A stretch of 64,000 nucleotides of DNA. Source: an uncultured delta proteobacterium. Its GTDB lineage: Bacteria; Desulfobacterota; Binatia; UBA9968. Both the position numbers and the translations under genes were made by a program. The notes under the pieces are model-generated. The model did no database searches and was not told the origin of the DNA. It worked only from the letters and a program-made list of their open reading frames with translations. Positions 19,159 through 29,073 of this stretch are shown here, piece by piece (positions within the stretch are counted from its first letter, which is position 1; every line of letters begins with the position of its first letter). The stretch covers positions 90,979 to 154,978 of the forward strand of contig CAWFJP010000012.1 in the NCBI GenBank assembly GCA_963816145.1, given 5' to 3'.

Positions 19159-20160
19159 ATGGCACAGCGCGAACTCGTTCTTGCCGGTGATATCGGCGGC
19201 ACCAAGACCAGCTTGGCGCTGTTCTCGGTTAAGGGTGATAAGCTGCATGCCGAGTTGACGCGGACTTTTCCCAGTAAGCGGTATTCAGGATTGGGACCGG
19301 TACTGCAAGATTTTCTCGCCGGCGACGGCCCGAAACTTGACGCGGCTTGTTTCGGCATCGCCGGACCGGTGGTCGACGGCAAAGTCAAAACCCCAAATCT
19401 GCCTTGGATGGTCGATACGGCGGAGTTGCGCCGGGCGCTGAAGCTCGACGCGGCCTGGTTACTCAACGATCTCGAAGCCGGCGCCTACGGTATTTTTACC
19501 CTGGGCAACGACGAGTTTTGCACGCTTAACGAAGGGACAATGCGCCAGTCGGGTAACAAGGCGTTGATCGCTGCCGGCACGGGATTGGGTCAGGCGATCT
19601 TGCACGACGACGGTCATCACTTTGATCCATTGGCGTCGGAAGGCGGCCATGGCGACTTTGCACCGCGCAACGAACTGGAAATCGACCTGCTGCGCTACCT
19701 GATGGGCCGCTTTCAACATGTCAGTTACGAGCGGGTAGTTTCCGGACCCGGTCTTTTCAATATTTATCGCTTCTTCAAAGAGCGCCGCGGTTTGGCAGAA
19801 CCGCAATGGCTGACCGATCGCTTTGCCGCTGCCGACGATGATAGCGCGGTGATTTCGCAAGCCGCGTTGGCCGGCGAGGCGGAGATTTGCGTCAAGAGCT
19901 TGGATCTCTTTGTTTCCGTCTATGGCGCCGAGGCGGGTAATCTGGCGCTGCGCGCCAAGTCGGTGCGCGGCCTTTACATCGGCGGCGGCATTGCGCCGAA
20001 GATTCTCGCCAAGCTCAGAGACGGCACGTTCATGCGCGCCTTCGTCGATAAGGGGCGCTATACCGACCTGCTCGCCGCCATTCCGGTTCAAGTGGTTTTG
20101 AACGATCAAGCGGCGCTGCGCGGCGCCGCCTACTACGCCGCTTTCATCGCCCGTGACTGA
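19159..20160 (+). CDS. glk: Glucokinase
   Basis: GDIGGTKT, GIAGPV, LNDLEA, AGTGLG, SEGGH, GGGIAPKI. Confidence 0.95.
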   Translation: MAQRELVLAGDIGGTKTSLALFSVKGDKLHAELTRTFPSKRYSGLGPVLQDFLAGDGPKLDAACFGIAGPVVDGKVKTPNLPWMVDTAELRRALKLDAAWLLNDLEAGAYGIFTLGNDEFCTLNEGTMRQSGNKALIAAGTGLGQAILHDDGHHFDPLASEGGHGDFAPRNELEIDLLRYLMGRFQHVSYERVVSGPGLFNIYRFFKERRGLAEPQWLTDRFAAADDDSAVISQAALAGEAEICVKSLDLFVSVYGAEAGNLALRAKSVRGLYIGGGIAPKILAKLRDGTFMRAFVDKGRYTDLLAAIPVQVVLNDQAALRGAAYYAAFIARD

Positions 20161-20257
20161 CCGAGAATTTTGGCCGGCCAGACGTGCCTTGCGGCTCAAC
20201 CTTTTTCAAAGTTGTTGATTCGGGGCCGTGTCGTAAAGCGATAGCCAGCTCCCGCTG

Positions 20258-20854
20258 CTAGAGCGACTTGATCTTCCGCAGCTCGGTGACGATCTGTTGA
20301 TTGGTCGGCCGTATGTTTTCTTTCTTTTCGATGAAGCGCCAGCGCACGGCGCCCTGGAGGTCGATCACGAAGGTCGACGGGTAGGGCCAGCCGCGGCCAT
20401 CCGGATTAAATATGCCGTAGCGGTCGATGACTTTGTGATCTTTGTCTTCAAGCAGTGGAAAATCGAACTCGCCGTCGAAGCGTTTGCGCAGCATTTCGCC
20501 GAACTTTTTCGATTCCTCGCGGGTATCGACGCTGACCGCGAGGATCTGCACCTTGTTTTTCTGGGCTTTGGTCAAAAGGCTTTTCAGCTTCCCGAGCTGT
20601 TCCATGCAGAAGGGTCACCAGTAGCCGCGGTAGAAAACCAAAACCACGGCTTTCTTGCCGCGAAAGTCAGAAAGGTTGACAGCCTGGCCTTCGACGTTTT
20701 CCAACGCGAAGTCGGGCGCGGCTTGACCGACTTTGATGCGCTCGAGTTCGGTGGCGCTGCCGTTAGTCGGATCTTTGGGGCCGAGTTGGGCGAACAGCGG
20801 GTTTGCCGCGAGTACGCCGGCAATCAAGCCGGCCATTAACCATCGAGATTTCAC
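20258..20854 (-). CDS. Exported AhpC/TSA peroxiredoxin-like protein with in-frame UGA (probable selenocysteine, UxxC)
   Basis: GTG start with RBS GGAGG; APDFALE...VLVFYRGYW-TGA-PFCMEQL continues in frame to PSTFVID; TGA at 20615-20617. Confidence 0.85.
20585..20599 (-). promoter_or_regulatory. Candidate bacterial SECIS hairpin
   Basis: CAGCU-CGGGA-AGCUG stem-loop begins 15 nt 3' of the UGA. Confidence 0.5.
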
Positions 20855-20914
20855 TTGTTACCTCCGTCAAGCCGATTAACGATTGGGCCGATCATAAGTT
20901 CCTCGAGCGAATAA

Positions 20915-21721
20915 TCAAGGGCGCGAGCTCGCCGGGACGGTCACGTAGGGACGAAAGCGCCGCTGCGCCAGGTAGCGAAACGGGCCGGGTGCAAACTGTT
21001 TGATCCAGCACAAGAGCGCTAGCGAGCGCGGCATGACATGCTCGGCGGTGTCGCGTTCAATGACCCGGATGATCGCTTCGCTAACCGCGCTGATGCTGAC
21101 GTATAGCGACTCCGGCGATTGCGGCTGGCTGTCGCGAAAACTGCTGGCGAATCCCGTATGCACCGGTCCTGGACAGACCAACGAGACTTTGACCCCGAGT
21201 GGCTTGAGTTCGTGATAGAGACTTTCCGACCAGCCGTTCATGGCGAATTTCGAAGCACTGTAGGCGGCCATGTTGAGTGTGCCGATCTTGCCGGCAACCG
21301 AAGAAATGTTGACGATATGGCCGCTGTGGTGCGCGATCATCGACGGCAGCAGTTCATGGGCGCAGTAGACTGCGCCGAAATAATTGACGCGCATGATCGC
21401 TTCAATGGTTGCCAAGTCGGTCTCGTAGAAGGGTTTGCGCATGCCGATGCCGGCATTGTTGATCAAAATATCGACTCGGCCGTAGTCGGCGAGGACTTTG
21501 TCGATCATGCCATGGACTTGTTCCGGGTCGCTGACATCGCAGCCCATCATCAATGACTCCGGACTGGTTTGGCGCACCTCTTTGAGCACTTCTTTCAGCC
21601 GCTCGATGGAGCGGCCGCAGCCGACGACCACGGCGCCGCGCTTGGCGAAATCAATGGCCAATTGCCTGCCGATGCCGTTGGAGGCGCCGGTGATGAAGAT
21701 GGTCTGGTCGGTGAAATCCAT
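20915..21721 (-). CDS. SDR family oxidoreductase
   Basis: TGASNGIG, NNAGIG, YSASK. Confidence 0.92.
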   Translation of the reverse strand: MDFTDQTIFITGASNGIGRQLAIDFAKRGAVVVGCGRSIERLKEVLKEVRQTSPESLMMGCDVSDPEQVHGMIDKVLADYGRVDILINNAGIGMRKPFYETDLATIEAIMRVNYFGAVYCAHELLPSMIAHHSGHIVNISSVAGKIGTLNMAAYSASKFAMNGWSESLYHELKPLGVKVSLVCPGPVHTGFASSFRDSQPQSPESLYVSISAVSEAIIRVIERDTAEHVMPRSLALLCWIKQFAPGPFRYLAQRRFRPYVTVPASSRP

Positions 21722-22041
21722 TCGCGATAATTGCCGCCGCGCGCCAGGCGCTATTTTCAGTCTATCATCGACCGTCGCGCCACGGACCCTGCGGTGATGT
21801 CATCACAGGAATGAAACAATGTCGCTTTCGACGAGTCAAGGTGAAGCCGAGAAAAATTCACTCATTGATCCATTGCAGCATCGTGAAGCCAATAGCTGCG
21901 CTGCCGGCCAAATCCTCCAAGGGAATTAGTGCGCCCAAGAGCCGGGATTCGACCGCCATTACTTACAGGGCGGCAAAACCTTGTTATTGCCCGAGAACCG
22001 ACTAGAATGGCGCCACTTAACGTATCGAGAAAGACCACCGC

Positions 22042-23709
22042 ATGACCGCCGAGTTCAGTCCAGACGAACACAAACGCCTTGAGCCTTTTTTTACCAACCT
22101 CGAACGCGACACTTTCGGCCTCAAGCTGCCCCAGGAGGTCGCCGGCGCGTTATTCTCGCGCTACAGCCGCTCGGCCAAGAGTTTGCGCCGGACTTTCCTC
22201 GACGAATTTCTCGGCGATCCCGAGCTCGCCTTGAAAGATTTGCTCGGCGGCCAGCTTCCCGCCGGCGGCGACAGCGCGGCCTTGAAAAAAGCCCGGGCCT
22301 TCTTCGAGCGGGTGCTGGTCGGCTACGGCGACGATTCCGTGGCGCAGTTGGGCGGCGCGCATGTCGCCTGCGAAAATATTTCCAACGTTGCGGCGAAATT
22401 GTTGGAAGACGCGCGCATCGGCATCGCGCCGCTGGAAAAATCGACGCGCTATGTGCGCTTCGATCAGAAGGACGCCGCCGGCGATTATCTGTTTTACCGC
22501 GAGCCCAAGATCATGGCGTCGCGCCACCGTGACACTTATCTCGAAGTGATGAATTTGCTGTTCGAGACCTATTCGAAACAGATGGAGCCGATGCTCGGTC
22601 ATGTCGCCAAGTCGCTGCCCATCGAGCAGTTGGAAGTGCGCGATCCGGTGAGCGGCAAAGGTCTGAGCTACGCCGAGGCGGCCAAGGACGAGCGCTTGAA
22701 GCGCTGGGCCGAGACCGCTTATCGCGCTACGGTGCGGGCGCAGGCCTGTGACGTGCTGCGCAGTTATCTGCCGGCGGCGACTCTGACCAACGTCGGCATG
22801 TTCGGCGCCGGCCAGGCGTTCGAGTATCTAGTCAGCAAATTGTACTCGCACGACCTGAGCGAAGCCCAAGCAATCGGCGCGGCGATTCACGGCGAGCTCA
22901 ATCAGCTCATTCCATCGTTCGTCAAGCGGGCGCAGCGCAACGACTATCTAGTAGCGACCACGGCGGCGGCGAAAGCGCTGGCGGCCCGCGCGACGACGAT
23001 AATACCGGTCGCAACCAACGAACCGGTGACGCTGGTCGATTACGATCCGGATGCGGAAGCGAAAGTCATCGCGGCGATGCTCTACGGCCACGCACGCCAG
23101 CCGCTGGAGCAATTGCGTCAAGTAGCCGCGGCGTTGAGCCAAGCGGAGCGCCGGCAAATTTTCCAAGAATTTTTCTCCAAGCGGCGCCACCGCCGCGATA
23201 GGCTCTCCCGCGCCTTCGAAAACGTCTATTACACCTTCGACATCCTCGGCAATCTCGGCCTCTACCGCGACCTGCACCGCCACCGGATTCTCACCCAGGA
23301 ACGCCAGGATTTTACCACGGTGCACGGCTACGACACGCCGCCGGAAATCGAAGAGGGAGGCTTCAAGAGCGAGTTCGACCGTTGCATGGAGCGCGCGGCG
23401 AAGTTGTGCGAGCAGATCTACGCCGATCTGCCGAGCGAAGCGCAGTACGTCGTGCCGTTCGCCTACAAGATCCGCTGGTACATGAAGCTGAACCTGCGCG
23501 AAGCCCTGCACATGTGCGAGCTCCGCACCATGCCCCAAGGCCATCCCGACTACCGTTTCATCTGCCAGGAGATGTGGCGCAAAATCCAATCCGTCCATCC
23601 GACGCTCGCCGAGTCGGGAAGGTTTATGGACTGGCAGAAGTATCGGTTGGGAAGATTGCAGTCGGAGATGCGGACGGAGTTTAAGAAGTCGGCGATGGAG
23701 AAATCATAG
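22042..23709 (+). CDS. thyX: FAD-dependent thymidylate synthase, long tandem-domain form
   Basis: FSRYSRS, GYGDDSVAQL, EKSTRYV, RDLHRHR, ELRT.PQGHPDYR. Confidence 0.85.
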   Translation: MTAEFSPDEHKRLEPFFTNLERDTFGLKLPQEVAGALFSRYSRSAKSLRRTFLDEFLGDPELALKDLLGGQLPAGGDSAALKKARAFFERVLVGYGDDSVAQLGGAHVACENISNVAAKLLEDARIGIAPLEKSTRYVRFDQKDAAGDYLFYREPKIMASRHRDTYLEVMNLLFETYSKQMEPMLGHVAKSLPIEQLEVRDPVSGKGLSYAEAAKDERLKRWAETAYRATVRAQACDVLRSYLPAATLTNVGMFGAGQAFEYLVSKLYSHDLSEAQAIGAAIHGELNQLIPSFVKRAQRNDYLVATTAAAKALAARATTIIPVATNEPVTLVDYDPDAEAKVIAAMLYGHARQPLEQLRQVAAALSQAERRQIFQEFFSKRRHRRDRLSRAFENVYYTFDILGNLGLYRDLHRHRILTQERQDFTTVHGYDTPPEIEEGGFKSEFDRCMERAAKLCEQIYADLPSEAQYVVPFAYKIRWYMKLNLREALHMCELRTMPQGHPDYRFICQEMWRKIQSVHPTLAESGRFMDWQKYRLGRLQSEMRTEFKKSAMEKS

Positions 23710-23771
23710 GGGGACTGTCGCCGGATGCATTTCGGCCTTGCTAAGTCTTTTTTGCATGATAAAAAAGACTT

Positions 23772-24905
23772 ATGTATCCACGATTGCTCCAGGCACCCCC
23801 CAAGCAAAGCTTTTTCTTGTTCGGTCCTCGTGGGGTCGGTAAGACGGCTTGGCTGCATCAGCAGTTTCCCGGGGCGCTGTTTTTCGACTTGCTCGATCAT
23901 CAAGTTTACACTCAGTTGCTTGCCCGACCCGACCGGCTCGGTGATCAGGTTCCCAAGGCATACAAGGACTGGGTCGTCATAGACGAAATTCAAAGGGTTC
24001 CGGAACTGCTCAATGAGGTGCATCGTCTCATCGAGTCGCGCAAATTACGTTTTGCCCTGAGCGGATCGAGCGCCCGCAAACTGCGACGGCGCGGGGTGAA
24101 CTTGCTGGCCGGCCGAGCGCTCACGCGTCACATGCATCCGTTCACGGCATTGGAACTCGGCAAAGATTTTGATTTGAAACGAACCCTGCAGTACGGCTGT
24201 TTGCCGATGGCATTCACCAGCGACCGGCCGCAAGATTATTTGAAAAGCTACGCCGCGACCTACCTGCGCGAAGAAGTCCAGCAAGAAGGTCTCGCGCGCA
24301 ACATCGGCGCGTTCGGTCGTTTCATCGAGGTCGCGAGCTTTTCCCAAGGCAGCGTCCTCAACATGGCCGCCGTGGCGCGCGAGTGCGCGGTGTCGGCCAA
24401 GGTGGTGGAGGACTATTTCAGCATTCTCGAAGACCTGCTGATCGCCGTGCGTTTGCCGATTTTTTCCAAACGCGCCAAGCGGCGGCTGGTGGCCCACCCG
24501 AAGTTCTACTATTTCGATGCCGGTGTCTTTCAAGCGGTCCGTCCTCGCGGACCGCTCGACGCCCCCGAGCAGATCCACGGACCGGCGTTGGAAACCCTGT
24601 TCTTGCAACAGGCGCGCGCGCTGAACGACTACAAGGACTTGGGCTACCGTTTGCACTATTGGCGCACCGCCGCCGGCGACGAGGTCGATTTCGTTCTATA
24701 CGGAGAGCGCGGTCTGCGTGCTTTCGAGATAAAAATGGCGCACACCGTCCGCTCGGAAGATCTGCGCTCGTTGCTGAGATTCCAGGAGGATTTCCCCGAA
24801 GCTAAAATTCACTTGTTGTATCTCGGCAAACGCCGTTGGCATGATCGAGGCATTGAGATAATTCCTTTCGGGGATTGCATTGGCGAGCTCGACCGATGGC
24901 TGTAA
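23772..24905 (+). CDS. AAA_14 ATPase with DUF4143 nuclease-like C-terminus
   Basis: GPRGVGKT, IDEIQR, SGSS, LAGRA, KFYYFDAG, EVDFV...FEIK. Confidence 0.9.
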   Translation: MYPRLLQAPPKQSFFLFGPRGVGKTAWLHQQFPGALFFDLLDHQVYTQLLARPDRLGDQVPKAYKDWVVIDEIQRVPELLNEVHRLIESRKLRFALSGSSARKLRRRGVNLLAGRALTRHMHPFTALELGKDFDLKRTLQYGCLPMAFTSDRPQDYLKSYAATYLREEVQQEGLARNIGAFGRFIEVASFSQGSVLNMAAVARECAVSAKVVEDYFSILEDLLIAVRLPIFSKRAKRRLVAHPKFYYFDAGVFQAVRPRGPLDAPEQIHGPALETLFLQQARALNDYKDLGYRLHYWRTAAGDEVDFVLYGERGLRAFEIKMAHTVRSEDLRSLLRFQEDFPEAKIHLLYLGKRRWHDRGIEIIPFGDCIGELDRWL

Positions 24906-24940
24906 AGAGAGTTCTTGAAATTGTTGAGAGTCGCGAGCGG

Positions 24941-25076
24941 TGGCGCGAGATTCGATCGAACCATCCAACCCTGTTTGACGGGGGAATTCATGGACTGGCG
25001 GAAGTATCGGTTGGGCAGATTGCAGTCGGAGATGCGGACGGAGTTTAAGAAATCGGCGATGAAAAATACAAATTGA
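24941..25076 (+). repeat. Orphan copy 1 of the thyX 3' end
   Basis: WREIRSNHPTL..FMDWRKYRLGRLQSEMRTEFKKSAM versus thyX WRKIQSVHPTL..FMDWQKYRLGRLQSEMRTEFKKSAM (23575-23709). Confidence 0.92.
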
Positions 25077-25097
25077 GTACATCTAATCACGTCGCTA

Positions 25098-25518
25098 ATG
25101 GTAAAACGATCCATTAAAGTACCCTCGTCTAGCGCTAATTTGCCAGCGGAACCGCAAGGTCCGTTGAGGTGTCTCGCTCTACACACCTTGGGATGGAAAT
25201 CCTTCCAGGATTTATGCGCTCAAATTTGTGAAGAGGTGCTAAAGACGACACTCTCGATTTATAGGGAAGCGCAGGATGGCGGACAGGACGCTGTCTTTCT
25301 CATATCTTCGCTCGATCACGAGGGCAAGAAGAAAACGGAACGTTCCAGTGGAAATTTTGCGATCACGGCGCCGGTTGAAGCAAAGTGATCTTTCCAACGA
25401 AATTGCCACCATCTCCGATTTGTATCAACGGGGGAGGCGCACACTTATTACTCTATTACGAACATGGATGTAGATGCGCCTGTAGAAACCGAAATTCGCG
25501 GGAAGCTTGAAAGCTAGG
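25098..25518 (+). pseudogene. Degraded N-terminal restriction-endonuclease-like domain (type found on STAND/NACHT ATPases)
   Basis: LHTLGWKSFQDLCAQI...DGGQD, then frameshifted Q.KF...LKQSDL; low GC; truncated. Confidence 0.5.
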
Positions 25519-26688
25519 TGAAAAGAGCTGTCGTTGTTGTTCTGCCGATAGATATTTTGGTAGGAAAAGCCGGATCTGATCGAAGATATCGTTCTCTATG
25601 CTCACGAATAGAGGTCCCACAAATTGGAATATAAAGCGTACTTGGACTCTGCGTCCAAGTCTTTCTGATTCTTCAATAGATCGTCGTAAATCCTGTTGAT
25701 CTGTTGAAATAGATCGATGTCGCGAATTTCGAGGGAAATCGCTTGCGATATCGTTCCGGATGTACCACGGAGAACAGTTCGACTGTCTTCAATTAAAATA
25801 GGCAAATGGGAATACTGCGCTATGAGCAATGCAACCGTTAGCGTCGTGGCAACTAGATTAGATGCCGCTGCACGAGCATCATTCACACTTGTTTTTTTAA
25901 ACCGGTCTAGACTACCGTCGGATGTGCAAGATGAGGACCGGATCGACCGTTGCAGAAGGGTGGGCGTAAGCAGGTTGACAGAAGCAATGACTCCTGGAAT
26001 TGCGACGGTACGTTCTTGGTTCTGTAACATGCACGTGAGTAAGTTATGGATTTGATCCAACAATCGCCGACGCCATCCCGTATCGTGGGACATCGTCCGG
26101 ATCAAGTAGAGCTTTAGTCCGATACGCACGTGATGAATCACTCCTCTCAGAGTCTGTTTGTGCAAATCTGGATCAATCCGTGATGCGGTCATAGTTCCGA
26201 TTCGATCAATGACCTACGATATCGCGAATATTAGACACGTCGGATGAGCGAGGGCTAATATCTCTATTTGCCTTCTAAGGGAGCGCGCTTCTGAACTGTT
26301 TTGCGCGAAGTTCTGAAGCAGGCTCCCAATCTTCTAGAGAAAACACAAGTTACATGGAGGTTTATCATGACGCAAAAATCCGCTGTATGCGCTGTCATGC
26401 TCTAGGTCTTGCGAAGAACTCAGACCAATCAGTCGATCGGCTTAGAAGGCAATTTGCGAAAATTTGGACCATTCGTTTCTCGATCAGACAGCATCTTCAC
26501 TTATCACCAACCGGTGTACCTGCGATTCGACGTGTGGACAATTGTAGGTCACTTGCACGGCATCAAAGATTGACAACAAAGCTGAATCTGAATCGGCCGA
26601 AGACAATTTCGACCGTCAGTTCGTTTGTAGCCACTTGAACCCGTTCGTTGGAATGACGGTCAATTCAAATTGCTGATGTAAAAATTGA

Positions 26689-26967
26689 CTAGACGCTATC
26701 GACAAGTTTCAATCTGAAGCTCATTCTCTTGGAACGATGAAAAGGGCAATAATGGCAACTGACGGCTTTATTGATCACGTTGTCGGGGATGCTTGCGATC
26801 GGAAGAGGTTCAGTTTCTGGATATTGCGCTTTCAGTCCGGAATACAATAAGCCAGGAAGCAAATCACCTACTGCTGGAGCTGTGGTTTCGAAACGGATTT
26901 CGAAAATCACCTCAACGAGCGGGCTTTTTCCTAACGCAACCGGCATCTTGGAATCCATTGGTATCAA
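26689..26967 (-). pseudogene. TIGR04255-like protein fragment
   Basis: LGKSPLVEVIFEIRF...LPGLLY N-terminal signature; truncated; low GC. Confidence 0.55.
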
Positions 26968-27105
26968 ATCGCCCTTCTGCTATCTAGGCATCCTTTGTAT
27001 GGGCCATTATACTGTTAATAATTAAGTTCACAAATGTTAGGTCTAATGCAATGACGAGTTGTGATGGTTCCAGCGTGCGCATACGTCGCGAAGATTAGCC
27101 ATCAC

Positions 27106-27350
27106 TCATGATTTTTCATTGAGGATTTGACTCAACAATTTCTCCAGCGGGCGGAGATCTTTTGATTCTTGGGCGTCGCTATCGAAGTATTTGAGATTGT
27201 CGGTGCGCTGCTCTTGCGCGAGTATTATGATCCTTGGGGATATCGGTGCGCCGGGAGTTTTTCGAATCGCCGGGTTGACTCATTCTTTTTGAAGGGCGAT
27301 CTGGCCGTCGCGGGAGAGATACCAATTGATGAACACCTTGGCGGCGGATG
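27106..27350 (-). repeat. Orphan copy of the 3' end of the solute-binding protein gene at 34102-35238
   Basis: AQEQRTDNLKYFDSDAQESKDLRPLEKLLSQILNEKS* versus AQEQRTDHLNYFDSDAPDSKDLRPLEKLLTQILGEKS*. Confidence 0.92.
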
Positions 27351-27486
27351 CCCATGTGTGACGACTCGTCTAAAAGTCCGTAGGTAAATATACATACCCG
27401 ATTGACCGAAACATTCATCGGTGGTATCCGCCTATTGCTCGCGGGGTGAAGTGATCGGTTCGAATATAATCGAAGGATGGTGTCGT

Positions 27487-28473
27487 ATGGTTCGAACGAT
27501 ACTCCTGGTATTAGCTCTTTTGCTTCCCTACTCAGTCAGCGCGGCGACCAAGACTGCGATTCCATTGCGGGTGGCCTACAGTTCGATCTCCGGAGCTGGG
27601 ATCGTTACTTGGATCGCGGCAGATAAGGGATTGTTCGCCAAGCACGGGCTCAATGTCGAGTTGATCTACGTGGCCGGCTCTCAGGCGATGCAATCGCTGC
27701 TCGGTGGCACCACGGTTATGGGGATCCAGGGCATCGAGCCTGTTTTCAGGGTCAACCTTCACGGCTCCGACACGGTGATGATTTTCGGCATCGTGACCAA
27801 GCCGACGTTCTCCATCATTGTGCGGCCGGAGATTAAAGAGTACCGGGAATTGAAGGGCAAGCCGATGGGTGTGACTCGCTACGGCTCGTCCACCGATATG
27901 TTGCTTCGGCTGACTCTCGAAAAGTGGGGTTTCAAACCGGAAATCGATGTTCCGATACTACAAATGGGCGGTGTGCCGCCGATCTTGGCGGGCATGCAAT
28001 CCGGCACAATCTTTGGCGGCCCGTTGTCGCTGCCGACGCTGGCCCGCGCCAAGCAGGAAGGGTACCGCGAATTGGCCGATGTGGCGGACCTGATTCCGGA
28101 TTATCAGGTGGCTGGAATCGTCACACGGCGGTCTTTCATAAAAGAGAACCCCGAGATCGTGCGCGGATTCGTCAGGGCCATGACCGAGGCCATCGCCATG
28201 TTCAAAAACAACCCCGAAGCGGTCAAAGAGGTGATGAAGAATCGGCTCAAGATCGACGACCCGGCGGTGATCGAGGAAACCCAGAAAACCTATCCGAAGT
28301 ACATGCCGAATGTTCCCTACCCAAGCAAAGCGGGCATCACGGTGATCAAGAATTTTCTCGAAAAAACCGAGCCGGCGCTGCGCAAGTTGTCGATCGACGA
28401 TCAGATCGACAATCGGTTCGTGCGGGAAATGGAAGAAAGCGGCTTTCTCCGTGAAGTCAACCGCACTAAGTGA
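27487..28473 (+). CDS. ABC substrate-binding protein, NMT1/SsuA-like
   Basis: Signal peptide; GLFAKHGLNVEL, LKGK.MGVTRYGSSTD, DNRFVREMEESGF. Confidence 0.85.
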   Translation: MVRTILLVLALLLPYSVSAATKTAIPLRVAYSSISGAGIVTWIAADKGLFAKHGLNVELIYVAGSQAMQSLLGGTTVMGIQGIEPVFRVNLHGSDTVMIFGIVTKPTFSIIVRPEIKEYRELKGKPMGVTRYGSSTDMLLRLTLEKWGFKPEIDVPILQMGGVPPILAGMQSGTIFGGPLSLPTLARAKQEGYRELADVADLIPDYQVAGIVTRRSFIKENPEIVRGFVRAMTEAIAMFKNNPEAVKEVMKNRLKIDDPAVIEETQKTYPKYMPNVPYPSKAGITVIKNFLEKTEPALRKLSIDDQIDNRFVREMEESGFLREVNRTK

Positions 28474-28516
28474 CGCTCAATTATATTGGCCCAATATCGG
28501 CGTGAAGCTCGTGCAG

Positions 28517-28697
28517 GAGCTTGGGGCCAGGCCTACTATCGTCGGACCCACTTTGCAATTTATTCTCTGGTTGCGCTGATCGGATCGCTATCCCGCGCGG
28601 GATTATTGCGAGTTAGCGTTGTTTGAATAACTTGTTCATAAAAACTTCGCGCACCAGGCGATCGACGAGGGAGTTGTCGGCGATGGTCTCGACGCCG
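28517..28697 (-). repeat. Orphan copy of the 3' end plus downstream DNA of the solute-binding protein gene at 33085-34077
   Basis: ADNSLVDRLVREVFMNKLFKQR* (stop 28613-28615) versus ADNSILDRLVREGFIDKLFKQR*; flanking non-coding DNA matches about 32969-33085. Confidence 0.88.
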
Positions 28698-28842
28698 CTC
28701 GCCCCGATCGGCTAACAGCGCGTGGTCCCGATGGTGGGTTGGATCCCGACGCCAGGTGCAGACCTATCTCCACCTACATCGCCAGCACCGCAGCGCCTGG
28801 GCGTCCCAGATCGAATTGCGTCCCTGGGTGGAGAAATTTTAG
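28698..28842 (+). repeat. Inverted orphan copy of the 3' end of the SDR gene at 35303-36004
   Basis: RPDRLTARGPDGGLDPDA/QTYLHLHRQHRSAWASQIELRPWVEKF* versus RPERLTERGPDGCLDPDAIAQTYLHLHRQHRSAWASQIELRPWSEKF*. Confidence 0.9.
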
Positions 28843-29073
28843 CGCACCGGCGGTTATTGTGAACCCGTCGCCGGCAGATTGCGTCTAATGGCATGTGTCA
28901 ATGTCGAATCGGCGAGCCCCTCTCGGTTGGGGGCGGGACGTATTGTGGAGGCTGATCGACTGTTTTAGTATGCCAATTTGCATCGTCGTATTAAGGGGCT
29001 TTGAACTTCGGTGCGGATCAATGCCAACGAGAAACGGTCAGTCATGGGCAAATCATCTGATAGAACCAGTCGA

